Below the pieces are notes generated by a model, which was not told the DNA's origin, made no database searches, and was given only the letters and a program-made list of their open reading frames with translations. A stretch of 64,000 nt of DNA, taken from contig NC_043010.1 of the NCBI RefSeq assembly GCF_006345805.1, positions 53,134,001 through 53,198,000 on the forward strand, given 5' to 3'. Made by a program: the position numbers and the translations under genes. Source of the DNA: Octopus sinensis. Taxonomy: Eukaryota. Below are positions 1 through 12,770 of the stretch, piece by piece; within the stretch, counting starts at the first letter, position 1; every line of letters begins with the position of its first letter.

Positions 1-314
1 GAGAAAGATGAAGAATAATCAACCAGATATTATTGTCAAGGACCATTAAGGAAGTAATTGACTAGTGATTGGCGTACGAACAGGAACTTAATATAATGGA
101 TCGGTGACAGAAATAAGAGAAAGAATCCATATATAATATAAAGATCTCGAAATGGAGATAACCAGAAAGTAGGGAGTGAAAATAATAAATTTAAATATAA
201 TCATAACAAAAAAAGCAAGAAAAAGAAAACAATGGGTGACAATGACGGAAAATTCAGGATAATATCAACCCCCACCCACTGAACGTAAACACATATATAG
301 ATGCATTTATGCAT

Positions 315-525
315 GTATAATAGTTTTGACTCAAAACTATTGAAAAGGCTGCAAGATGCAACGAAAATTTTAGGAAAATAAAAATTTTTTAAAAGTGGAA
401 ATTTTACCGGTGAGTGTGTTAAATCATAAGGCACAAAAAGAAAATGACTCTCCCTGACACAACAGAATATGCTTCAACACACGAACTCATATAAAGAATC
501 TTGCAAACCAAATCCAAAAACGAGA
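315..525 (+). mobile_element. Dispersed repeat family E (probable Penelope-like terminal fragment); related copies at 17278-17460 (+), 42215-42352 (+), 44795-44990 (mostly -)
   Basis: Shared block ...gtgagtgtgttaaatcataaggcacaaaaagaaaatgactctccctgacacaacagaa...gaatcttgcaaaccaaatccaaaa across the four loci (partial at 17.3 kb); the 17.3 kb copy carries a decayed HHR frame. Confidence 0.55.
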
Positions 526-860
526 TATATATATATCAAATGGTTTGATTCTGCCACAGGCGGCTTAATGTTTAGTAGACTTCTTCCAGAAACTCGGCGC
601 GTCGGATTAGGTTCATGTTAAAGCCATGGCGAGATACATGAAGTATCGGAAAATTATACACCCGTACAGAAGCATTCATACATATAAGCATACGAATATG
701 CACGTGAAAATATGATATATATGCAGAAATATATAACACACGTGAATACATATATACATTGATACGCATTGACATACATATATACATCTATACACACATG
801 CACATAACTAGAATTGGATACTCGGAAAATTTACGAAAAGGTACATGGATTGTATATGTA

Positions 861-1246
861 ACTAGCAGTATCGCCCGGCGTTGCTCGGGTTTGTAAGGGA
901 AATAACTATATAAGCATTTTTAGAGATGTAAAGTATAATAGCCATCTCAATATGGCTAACCACAAAGGGGGGTGTTACTGTAGCTTTTTACGTTCTGAGA
1001 TTTAATAATACATATTTAGAGAGTTACTTCCATTATACAATACCAAAAAAATGCATTAAAAATGGGAAAAAATGATGGTAAATTCTTTTTTAAATCGTAG
1101 ACGCGCGCTAATACCCAGAAGGGCTCGATATGAATCATGACTATAAGATACCCGCTTTTGGTTACACTGCATCGCAAAATGTGGGAGTAGTTAGGAATCT
1201 AAATCGTAGGAGACAGACACACAACTTCACTTTTATATATAAAGAC
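861..1246 (+). mobile_element. Non-autonomous Helitron-like element
   Basis: Starts ACTAGC followed by a GC-rich hairpin CCCGGCGTTGCTCGGG; ends agacagacacacaacttcacttttatatataaagac. These ends resemble Lep1/DINE-type rolling-circle elements; family assignment is inference. Confidence 0.55.
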
Positions 1247-1883
1247 TTGAAGACACAGGCTTACAACAAATAAGGTGACACTCTTTCTCCTCAGTGAATA
1301 TGTTAAGAGCACAAGAATATAGGAAATATTCTGTTAATTGGGCCCTAAGTCAGTGAATTACTAAATCCTAGGACCAACATAATTGGAAATTTCAGTCACT
1401 GAGTCTCGCGTAATATCCATTAAAATCACTCTTTCACATGCATATGCATACTCTCTCTTTCTCTTTCACTCACACACTCATATACATATACATATATGCA
1501 TATACATCGAGCAACAAACACAAGCATGGATATATATATATATATGTAAGCATATGTATATATGTGTGTGTGTGCGTATGTGTGTGAGTGTGTGTACATA
1601 TATATAAATAAACGTGTATGTTAGACGTAATTAATGCATATATATATAAATGTATTGTGTATGTATGTATCAATGTAAGTGTGCGTGTATAGACATAGAA
1701 AACAATGTATGAGTATATGTATGTATATATGTGTATATATATGTGTGTGTATATATGTATATGAATATAGATATCTATACATATATATGTATATTAAAAA
1801 TATCAGGGTAAGAAAATTTTTAGAAAATTTTACTGCCAGTGGCCTAGCGTGTAGAAACGTTAGTCAATAGACTATATATTATT

Positions 1884-2226
1884 CATATAAATACAGTGTA
1901 CATTTAAACACATAAGAGGTATCCATCATGGGATACTTGGTACGCTAGAAGGAATAGCGGAAATCGAAACCACTATTAGGGATTAGTTTCGAAGGGAATG
2001 ACATATAAAAACATTTGCCATCTATCTCCTGGACCATGGTTTCTGATATTTATTTGCTAATATAAAGTCAGAAACATGGTCCGGGAGATTAATGGTAAAA
2101 GTTTTATTTTTCATTCTCTTCGAAATTTATCCCTAATAGCTTTGGATTTTGGCTATTCCTTCTAGCGTGCCAGGTTTCCTATGATGGATTCCCTTAATGT
2201 GTTTAAATGTACATTGTATTTATATG
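1884..2226 (+). repeat. ~340 bp imperfect palindrome (arms ~165-170 bp) inside a dispersed repeat; relative at 26215-26427
   Basis: catataaatacagtgtacatttaaacac...ggaccatggtttctga is mirrored by tcagaaacatggtcc...gtgtttaaatgtacattgtatttatatg. Confidence 0.9.
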
Positions 2227-2814
2227 GTATATATGTGTATATATATAAATATTCATATTTTTGAATGAGAGTGTATATATATGTGTGTGTCTATACTTAT
2301 ATGCATATATATAGATATGTACATGCATATATACACTTACATATATACATATATGCATATCTATGTCAGTGTGTGTGTGTGTGTGTGAATGTGCGTGTGT
2401 GTGTAAATGTGCGTGTGTAGTTACATTGCTAATTTGTGTGCAAACTCGGAGTGATGAGCAATAGTGACAAATATCGTCTTCTACAGAACAAAAACCCTGA
2501 AAGATATCGCCTGGAATATCATTGGAAGATGAATTAAATTCTGTTCATGAAAGACAGTCAAAATGAAAGCGAAAACAAAGCAGAAAACATGGAGACGAAA
2601 ACTCCAAGTGAAAAACAAAAGCGATTCTATCTTTCCCAGCATGCTTTGCGATATAACATTGCAGGTATATCATGGCAGACAATGTCTTTATATGTCACAT
2701 CAAAGGAACTCTCAGCGTTTGTTATGCGCTTGTCATCTGATATATATATATATAATATATCATATATATATATATATATATATATAAATATATATGTTTG
2801 CACAGTGTGTAAGT

Positions 2815-2848
<34 letters not shown>

Positions 2849-3020
2849 ACAAATATACATATGTGAAAAAATAGAGAGTACGTGTGCATATTTGTGTATA
2901 TAAATGTATATAATTATATATATGTATTATATATATATATATATATATATTGCACATATATACATATATATGTATACATGTACATATATATGTATACATA
3001 TATACATATTGTATTATATA

Positions 3021-3063
<43 letters not shown>

Positions 3064-3709
3064 ATATATACATATATATACATATGTATATATATTATAG
3101 ATTATGTATATATGTATTATGTATATTCACGCGCATGTATGTGTCCGTGTGTGTTTGCGCGTGTGCAGATATTTATTTTTAATTATTTATTTCTTCATTA
3201 ATTTGCTTAATTTACACTAATTCATGTCAATTCGTCATGCTCGTTATTCATCAAATAACGGTGAGGAGGTGTTTATCTCTGTTATTCTTATTTGGTTATA
3301 CCCTTCATTTGTAGCCACGTGGTTTCCCAGCATGCATGCCAGGAAAGCAACATTCTTGCCCACTTCCTCTCTGTCACCCCTTTCGTTCTTCCTCTCTATA
3401 CTGTGTCTCTGTGTAACTCTCTGGCTTTCATTCTCTCTCCCCCCTCTCTCTCTCTCTCCCCTCTCTCTTTCTCTATTTCGCTTAACCGATCACTGCTGTT
3501 TTTCTATTGCTGTGTCTCAACATTACAGAGAACGTGACATTCACCCTGTCATGTAACCAAACATATACCTTTACACATTTCCTCTCGCTCAGTACTCCCT
3601 CTTTCTCTCTCTCTGTCTCCCCTGTCTCTCTGTCTCTCTGCATACATACATACGTATATATGTGTGTGTGTATGTGTGTCAGTCTCTCTCTCTCTTCTCT
3701 CTCTCGCTT

Positions 3710-3777
<68 letters not shown>

Positions 3778-3985
3778 TGTATATACAGTTCATATCAGCA
3801 TATGTATAAAAATGTGTACATATATGTATATACATGTATATGTATACATATTGATATATAAATATATATATATACACACACACACGTATATATATAATCA
3901 TGTATATATATATACACACACACATGTATATATATTTGCCAGTCTTTCTACCACTACCCAACTTTCAGGAATCAACACCCCACCT

Positions 3986-4016
<31 letters not shown>

Positions 4017-4359
4017 TATTTCTAATCTTATACACTTTCTTCCTGTCACAACTTTCACTTTCATTTTAACGAAATAGTTATACAGAGATATACCATTCTA
4101 ATAGGCGTGTGAAAAATATCAGCCTACACAAAATCCACCGCAGAATTATATCAGCGATTGCCAGAAGGTAAACTATAATAGAAATAAACTCCTTTTATGC
4201 ACCTGTTTGTTTATCTACTTTCTTTATGTTCTCCCTTTGTATCTATATGACAATAATTCTTACATTATCATTGTTTAGTCTCATGTCATCTCTGATCCAG
4301 CAGATCTATGATGAAAGACATTCCAAACTTGACAACCTTGCCTTTAATTTTCAGGCCGA

Positions 4360-4915
4360 CAAACATTATTCAATGAGTCTCATTTTCTTTTAAGACGGAT
4401 GGTTATAATTGAAGGTAAGATTTGGTTGATATTTCTAGCAGACTGAGAGACCAAGAAAAGGCCCCTTCATTGACTTTCCTTTGCAACCAGTATCCCATCT
4501 CCATTTTTTATTTTCCAAGGTCAATCTACCCCAAATGACATTATTGGATGTGAGTCTCAGTTTTTAAAGACGGTAGGCTGTGAGTTAATGTAAGATTAGG
4601 CTGTTATTTCTTGTTGATCGACTGACCAACAAAAGGCCCCTGCATTTTCTTGTCCTCTCATTCATATCACTCTCCTCCAGTCTTTATTTTTCTGTATCAG
4701 TGTATCCCAAACAACGTTATTCAATGCATGTCTCATTTTTTTAAAGACGTTAAAATTTGGCTCCTACTTCTAGCAGATCGCGTTACCAACAAAAGGCTTT
4801 TTCATTGCCTTGTCATCTTCTCGCTTATGACCCCTCCATCATTCTTTAAGTGTTTTAGAGTCCATATGTACAAAATGACATTATTCAATGTGTGTTGCAT
4901 TATTTTTTTAAGACG
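4360..4915 (+). repeat. Degenerate tandem array, ~175 bp unit, related to the 37.2-39.1 kb units
   Basis: acattattcaatg...ttttaagacgg...atttctagcag..cga..gacca recurs near 4363, 4538, 4714 and (partially) 4879. Confidence 0.65.
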
Positions 4916-5929
4916 CTAAAATGAGATTTCAGATGGCGGAATAAGAGGAATGAGTGCAGCTGTTTGGTCGCTAATAATACGATTGCTTTGATGACTGTAA
5001 TTTTTAGCACTGGAGGTAAACACACGCGAGCAATCAAAAATATAAACATAAATATAGATAGATAGATAGATAAATATATATGTATAGAGGGAGAGGGGTG
5101 AGAGATAGAGAGAGTGAAATTATACTTTATTAATTCAACGCGATTGGCAAAAACATTTTCCCACTCCTTATGCACATAAAGGGGAACGTATTTATACACA
5201 TGAACAAAGCGAGAAAGGAAGAAGGAGAGAATGAGAAAATCATTATAACGGAAGAAACATTCAAAATGTCTGATGTCAAGTAAGTCAGCGTCGAATCAGC
5301 GACGTCAAAACAAGCAACTCTATAACGGCTGCACCAAAATGTCTCACACACGTAATATTTGGTTGCTAATTCTAGTAGATCAAAGAGCCAAGTAAACCCC
5401 CTCGCCCCCCCACCCACACTATAATATATCATACATTAGTGTTGTATTACTCCGGATGAGCTCTGATTATACAGAATCAAGGTTGGAGAAATTTCAAAAG
5501 TGATCACTATCTTATATTTTTGATTTTTACCTATAGTATATCAGTTAAAAGGAGCTGAAAAGCTGTAGTATACTTGGGGTAACATCTTTTAACTTTTAAT
5601 TTTAGAGTTGTTTCTGTCATTGAAAGGTTCAATCGAACAAACTGACCTCAGTGCTTATTTTCATTTAATTATGTTGCTTATTGTGTTAAATTCCTGAACC
5701 ATTACTGTACGGGAATATAAATAAAGTGACACCGCTGACCAAGTAGTTAAAGAAGGTAAAAAAGAGAGACACAAAGTCACACTCAGACACACACACACAT
5801 ACACACACACATACACACACACACACAAACACACACGCGCACGCACATATCCACACTTACACACACATACCTCCTCTTACACTCTCCTGTCTTTGAAAGA
5901 ACTTTTCTTCACCCATTTCCTTCCGGTCA

Positions 5930-6140
5930 TTCAAAATGTGACCGCGTGTGTACCGTTGGCAATTTTTTTCCCTCTGTCTTCCCTTCTCTGGATCTTTCCT
6001 TCTCCTATGTTTCCGACGAAGAGCTCCGCTCGAAACGTTAAAGGCTCCTTCTTTCCTTCTTTCCTGAGCGTCCAATAATACTATATTTGTTCCACGTCCT
6101 CGCGTTGTTGTGTTTTTGTGCTTTCTTGTTTGGATTAACT
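5930..6140 (+). mobile_element. ~200 bp HHR-bearing repeat family K (Penelope-like/retrozyme fragment), copy 1
   Basis: Near-identical to 27182-27375 (+), 30070-30262 (-) and 46193-46405 (+); contains GTTT-CCGACGA-AGAGCTCCGCTC-GAAACGT-T-AAAG at 6009-6043. Confidence 0.8.
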
Positions 6141-6192
6141 TTATATATATATGTATATATATATATATATATAAATAGAGAGAGAGAGAGGA

Positions 6193-6355
6193 GAGACGCA
6201 AGAGTGGTTGTGTGGTAAGTAGCTTGCTTACCAACCACATGGTTTCGGGTTCATTCCCACTGCGTGGCACCTTGGGCAAATGTCTTCTACTATAGCCTCG
6301 GGCCGACCAATGCCTCGTGAGTGGATTTGGTAGACGGAAACTGAAAGAAGCCTGT
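6193..6355 (+). mobile_element. tRNA-derived SINE family B, 5' half
   Basis: A-box-like TGGTTGTGTGGT, B-box-like GGTTCATTCCC, then ccttgggcaaatgtcttctactatagcctcgggccgacc as in the full copies. Confidence 0.85.
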
Positions 6356-6864
6356 GCATTGGTCAGCCTGCGGCCAAAGTGGGGAGTCACTCGTCGAAGG
6401 TACCACGCTGTGAGACAGAACCCGAAACAATGGGCTGCAAAGCGACCTGTTTAACCACTAAGCCATTCTTACGCATATGTAAATACAGCAAACTGTTAAA
6501 TGAAGTAAAATAAAGTTATTTATAAGAACAATTTTCCAAAGGGGAAATATGGATAAAAATCGAAATTGAGATAGTTACTAATATTTTAGCAGTAAATATC
6601 AAATTATTCTTGCATCCAGTCATCTGTGTCTTGTTAATGATCATAGTGTTTGCAATATTTCAAACCTGTAGTTTTAGTTTTACAAAATAATAAAAAAAGT
6701 TATCCCCCTTGTCATTTTTTACCAGAATTAAGCATGTATATAATGATTATTCTCGTCGCTAATGATTGGTGTATATCTAATCTGTACATACATTCATATA
6801 TGGTTATACGTATTTGTTTCCCTTGGCGCTTTTAGCCAGAATTAGACATTTACATATCCATTGT

Positions 6865-6998
6865 TATTTTATCGATCCGAGATTAACAAAGCAAAAATCG
6901 GCCACGGTCAGATTTGAGCTGAGAGCGTGAAGATCCAGACGATATGGAGGTGAGCATTTTGTCCCAAGAGCTAACGATTCTGTCAGCTAATCGCCTTT
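6865..6998 (-). mobile_element. SINE family A, decayed 5' part
   Basis: Reverse complement begins aggcgattagctgacagaatcgttagc, matching the family A head. Confidence 0.7.
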
Positions 6999-6999
6999 G

Positions 7000-7017
7000 A
7001 ATAATAATAATAATAAT

Positions 7018-7052
<35 letters not shown>

Positions 7053-7105
7053 CAATGATAATAATAATAATGATAATGATAATAATAATAATAAAAACAA
7101 TAATA

Positions 7106-7165
<60 letters not shown>

Positions 7166-7298
7166 TAATAATAATAATAATGATAATAATAATAATAATA
7201 ATAAAAATAATAATAATTTTTTTTTAAAATAATAAAAACAATAATAATAATAATAATGATGATAATAATAATAATAATAATAATAATATAATGATAAT

Positions 7299-7357
<59 letters not shown>

Positions 7358-7395
7358 TAATAATAATAATAATAATAATAATACTGATAATAATG

Positions 7396-7427
<32 letters not shown>

Positions 7428-7433
7428 TTGATG
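7000..7433. repeat. (AAT)n/(GAT)n compound microsatellite
   Basis: Direct reading. Confidence 0.98.
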
Positions 7434-7705
7434 ATTTTCTTTCTCTCTCCGGAAAGCAGGAAAGTAAACTGCTGACGTTCTGTTTATCTACGTGTGTGTC
7501 TATTTAAATGATGCATGATTTGCATATTTAAAATCTGATTGTTCTTCATTTCCTCTCTGTGTCATGTTGTAATAAATATTTAGCAACAGTGAATAAAACG
7601 ACCAAAATAAAATTACACGCACACAAACACGCGTACGTGCGTGCAACCACACACACACACACACATGTGTATTTATCGGAGTAGAGAGAGAACGAGAGAG
7701 ACAGA

Positions 7706-7789
<84 letters not shown>

Positions 7790-7790
7790 T

Positions 7791-7956
7791 AGGCGCAGGA
7801 ATGGGTGTGGTAAGAAGCTTACCTCCAACTACATAGTTCTGGGTTCAGTCTCACTGCGTGACACCTAGGGCTAGTGTCATCTGCTATAGACTCAGGTCAT
7901 CCAAAGTTTTGTGAGTGGATTTGGAAGACGGAACTAAAAGAAACACACACTCACAT

Positions 7957-7990
<34 letters not shown>

Positions 7991-8341
7991 GTATCTATGT
8001 ATTTGTGCGTCTGTGTTTGTCCACGCACCATTGCTTGACGACCGATGTTGGTGTGTTTACGTACCCACAAATTAGCGGTTCAACAAAAGAGACCGATAGA
8101 ATAATTCCTAGGTTTAGAAAGAATAAGATCTAGATCGATTTATTCGACTAAAGGCGGTGCTCCACCATGACCAAAATCAAATGACTGAAACGAGGAGTGG
8201 GTGTGTGGCAAGTAGCTTGCTTACGAGCCACACGGTTCTGGATCCAGTCCCACTGCGTGGCACCTCACTTCTATTATAGCCTCGGGCCGACCAAAGCCTT
8301 GTTTGTGGGTTTGGTAGACGGAAACTGAAAGAAGCCTGTCG

Positions 8342-8392
<51 letters not shown>

Positions 8393-8632
8393 AGTGTGTG
8401 GTGTGTGTGAGTGTGTGTGTATGTGTGTGTGTATCTGTGTTTCCCTCCAATATCGCTTGATAACCGATGCTGGTGTGTTTACGTCTCAGAAACTTAGCAC
8501 TTCGGGAAAAGAAACCAATAGAATAAGTACTAGGCTTACAAAGAATAAGACCTGGGGTCGATTTGCTCGACTAAAGGTAGCGCTCCAGCATGGCCACAGT
8601 CAAATGACTGAAACAACTAAAATAATAAAAGA
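7791..8632 (+). mobile_element. Two tandem full-length SINE family B copies (7791-8191, 8192-8632), each with an internal microsatellite
   Basis: tRNA-like head, ggaaactgaaagaagcc, (TA)/(CA)/(TG) tract, cgcttgacaaccgatgctggtgtgtttacg, tail ggcggtgctccagcatggccacagtcaaatgactgaaac. Confidence 0.9.
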
Positions 8633-8804
8633 GTATATATGTTTATATATATATATATATGCATGTGTGTGTATGTGTTTGTGCATGTATGTATTTGTAT
8701 GTATCACGTATATATATATGTGCATGTGTGTGTGTGTGTGTGTGTGTCTGTGTCTGTGTCTGTGTGTGTGCATATAACTATAAGTACGTGTAAATATATA
8801 TGGA

Positions 8805-9120
8805 CGAAGCAAGGATTAGAAAGTTTAACCCGTCTGATTGTCAATCAAAACTTCGCAGTTCAACATGTCTTCAGTTGCTGCGCAGAGATGGGAGAAGCTC
8901 ACACATTGTGAGTGAAATTGGGAAGATGGAAGCCGTGCCGACGCCAATCAGATGGATTATATCTGTTCTATAAAAATCAAAGCTGTGTCATGGTGACTCT
9001 GAGAATCAAGGTAAGAGTACACTTGTCGCTGGAAGTAAGTTTCTGAACTTACTCGCTGCTTACATGGATGAGGAAGTACAGGAACTGGACGAGTGAATAC
9101 TGATCTCGAAAGTGAAGGGT
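8805..9120 (+). pseudogene. Highly decayed LINE fragment (possibly RTE clade)
   Basis: Reads NQMDYIC (resembles the APE-domain NQIDYI motif) and YMDEEVQEL (resembles RT LFNIYMDEV); short and fragmentary. Confidence 0.35.
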
Positions 9121-9153
9121 ATGTATACATGTATGTAAAGGCGTGCGTGTATC

Positions 9154-9202
<49 letters not shown>

Positions 9203-10442
9203 ATGGATGTGTTTAATGTGTTTCATGTGTCCTTGCTGCACTTGAGAAATCATTGCACAAAGTCATTACAGCGATATCAAAAAATTATAATCAAATGAGA
9301 TTGTATTTTGTTTCAAGCCAGCGCTGTGTAATTTAAGGGTGTGAGTGAGGTCTGGTTGTCAGTACTAGTAAAAATGGAACGACGATATAAGGTCACCAAC
9401 TTTGGCATGTGCATAAATATATTTGTATATATATGCGTGAGTGCATGTGTGTGTGTTGTGTGGGGGTGTATATATATATATATGCACATATACATTCATA
9501 TATATATATATGCATATATATATACCTATGCATACACACACACATATATATATATATACATATATACACAACATATATATATATATATGAGAGAGAGAGA
9601 GGAAGAGAGAGAGAGAGAAAGAGGAAGAGAGAGAGACAGACAGAGATACATGAATATATACACATGAGTGTATGTGCTTGTGTGGATACATGTATATATG
9701 TCTATATATATATATATGTACATACATGATATAGATAACACACATACACACACACACACGCATGTATATATATATATATATATATATACATACATACATG
9801 CATGAGGATATAATTTGTCTGTATATATACTCGTGCACATATATGCGTACATGCATGCATATACAAAATTATATACACCCCATGTATGCATGTATGGGAA
9901 TATATATATATATATAAATACTTATATATATGTACGCACACATATATATACATGTATATTTAAATATATATATGCATATATGCTTGAACGAATGCATATG
10001 TACATACGTGCATATGCATATGCCCATATATATATATACATGCAAACATGCATACATACATGTTATAGTAAGGCAGATGACGAGGTTACTGAAATTATAC
10101 AGCAGCAGATGATTAGTAGCATAGTTAATATCCCCCACCAAAATAATCACGTCTCTAATTATGGAATCGATATTAAAAAACAAAAAAAAAAAGAAACACA
10201 AAATGACTTTGAAAAAAATACGACCAATTTCACATTATGAAATAATTATATGCAGAGAAAATCCGATGTTGTGTTAAAAAAGGGTGGAATCATCCAACCT
10301 CTATTCAAAATGATCTTCTCACTACGTTAAAATAATTATAGTTATTGTAAAGGATACTGCATGCGTATAGATAAGGTGATACGATTTCTGAACCGAGGGA
10401 GTAAGAATTATGACAATGTACATATGTATATATTTGTAAGTT

Positions 10443-10473
<31 letters not shown>

Positions 10474-10487
10474 TGTATATATACAAT

Positions 10488-10522
<35 letters not shown>

Positions 10523-10682
10523 CATATATATACTATATATAGATATACTATATATATATATATAATATAATATATATATATATATATATATAATTGTATA
10601 CAAACATACATATGTACACACGAATACAGTCTGTGCATATACGTATCTATCGTATATATATATTGTATGTGTTTGGGTACAT

Positions 10683-10729
<47 letters not shown>

Positions 10730-10974
10730 GCATGCATACACATGTTTTTCACTATATGTGTGTGTATATATATATATCACTTTATATCTGTGTGCATACA
10801 TATTTATATAAATATACACTTACATATACATTAATATCATCTATTAACAAGTAATAAGTCCCTTTCCTATAAATCTTTATATTTTCTTGTCAACTGTTTT
10901 CTTCTAAGACAATCAATTACACGCATACATCGACTCATGCACCCGTATATACAAGGAATGTATGTATGCAAAGA

Positions 10975-11278
10975 GCGCTCCGTCGGTTACGACGACGAGG
11001 GTCCTAGCTGATACAATCTACGGAACAGCTTGTTCGTGAAATTTACGTGCAAGTGGCTGAGCACTCTACAGACACGTATACTCTTAAAATAATTCCCAGG
11101 GAGATTCAGCGTGTCACAGAGTGCGACAAGGCTGACCCTACGAAATACAGGTACTACTAGTTTTATACCTGGAGCAACGTGAAATTAAGTATGTTGCTCA
11201 AGGACACAACGCGTTGGAATTGACCTCACGACCTTATGATCGTGAGTCCAATGCACTAACCACTAAGCCACGCGCCGT
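10975..11278 (-). mobile_element. tRNA-derived SINE family C
   Basis: Reverse complement ggcgcgtggcttagtggttagtgcattggactcacgatc...gtcgtcgtaaccgacggagcgct; homologous to 22713-23032 (+) and 32292-32612 (-). Confidence 0.88.
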
Positions 11279-11391
11279 CACACACATATATATTTCCATT
11301 ATGTATATGTCCTTGCATTTATATATGAATGTGAGCATGTTTATATGTATAGACCCACGCATAAACACACACTTATACAGGAATATGCTTG

Positions 11392-11632
11392 GTGGTAAAG
11401 TTACCCTCTCGCATCCCACCGGATTCTAAGGTTTCATGGCTTATTTAATCCCAATCTGGATTGGACACTGGTCCACTGTAAGATTACTCATTTTTGCCAG
11501 CTGAGTGGACCCGAACAACGTAGCATGAAGTGTTTTGCTTAAGAACACAACGCGTCGCCCGCTCCAGGAACTGAAACCACAACCTCACCAATATGAGTCC
11601 GACACTCCTAACCACTAAGCCACGCTCCTCTA
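11392..11632 (-). mobile_element. SINE with family C head/core but a different 3' tail
   Basis: Same head and tccactcagctggcaaaaatgagta core, then unrelated sequence ending gggtaactttacc. Confidence 0.75.
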
Positions 11633-11710
11633 CATCTTTTAGATGGGATGTAGCGTGAAATCTTTAACAAATATTCTGCAGGAAATGGAGAGCTGAAGAA
11701 TTCTCTAGAT

Positions 11711-12021
11711 CAGAGTCTCTCAAACTTTCTGGACCACCACCCTCCTCATGGCCACATAACACCCTCAGCTCCCGAACCCCCATTTTTATGTATAAATGAA
11801 TATTTTATATTTTACTAATTTATATGTACTATGAATTATTTGATACTTAATATGATATTATATAATTTGTATACAATACTATAATAATATAATAAATACA
11901 CAGCGGCCCCCAATCCACTACCTTCCTCCGAACTCCTCCTTTTTCTCCTTAGGCACCAGCGCCCACTTTAACCTTCTCAACGCCCATCGGTGAGCGGTTT
12001 CGCCCGCTTTGAGAACCCATG
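11711..12021. mobile_element. hAT (Charlie-like) MITE
   Basis: TIRs CAGAGTCTCTCAAA / TTTGAGAACCCATG; 8-bp flanks CTCTAGAT and TTTTAGAT (6/8 match, TA-centred as for hAT targets). Confidence 0.7.
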
Positions 12022-12237
12022 TTTTAGATCTTTATTAGTAAAATAAATATAAAAAGTGAATATATAAAATACAAAAGTAAATATGTAAAATATAAAAAAA
12101 TGTACAGATATAAGAGTATAATGCGATTGGGCTAACAGTAGTTTTGCGAGGTTAAAGTCATTCCTGAAAGTCCATTCAAGGAAAAATATTTTCAGAATAT
12201 CAACATATTAAACTGGGCAAGAAAGAGACCTAATGGA

Positions 12238-12243
12238 GAAAGA

Positions 12244-12281
<38 letters not shown>

Positions 12282-12511
12282 AGATAGAGAGAGAGAAAGA
12301 GAAGTTGGAGAGAGAAAGAGAGAGAGAGAGAAGAGGGAGAGGGAGCGGGTAACAGAGAGAATATTGCAGAATGAAATATAGCGGAATGTTATACACACAC
12401 ACACACACACACGAACACACACATACACAAACACACACACACACACTCACACACACACACACATATATATATATATCGATAGACATATATATATATAGAT
12501 ATATAGAGAAG

Positions 12512-12546
<35 letters not shown>

Positions 12547-12735
12547 GTAGATAGATAGATAGATAGATAGATAGAGATATAAAAATTGATAGATGGATAA
12601 ATAGATAAAAAATAGATAGATATAAAAGATTGATAGATGGATAAATAGATAAAAAAGAGATTGATAGATGGATAGATATAACAAATAGATATATGGATAG
12701 ATAGATAGATATAAGAAAATTGATAGATATAAAAA

Positions 12736-12770
<35 letters not shown>

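Noticed and set aside
2547-2740. ORF start MKDSQNESENKAENMETKTPSEKQKRF as a host exon
   Set aside because: No recognisable homology; it runs into (TA)n and I cannot support a splice structure.
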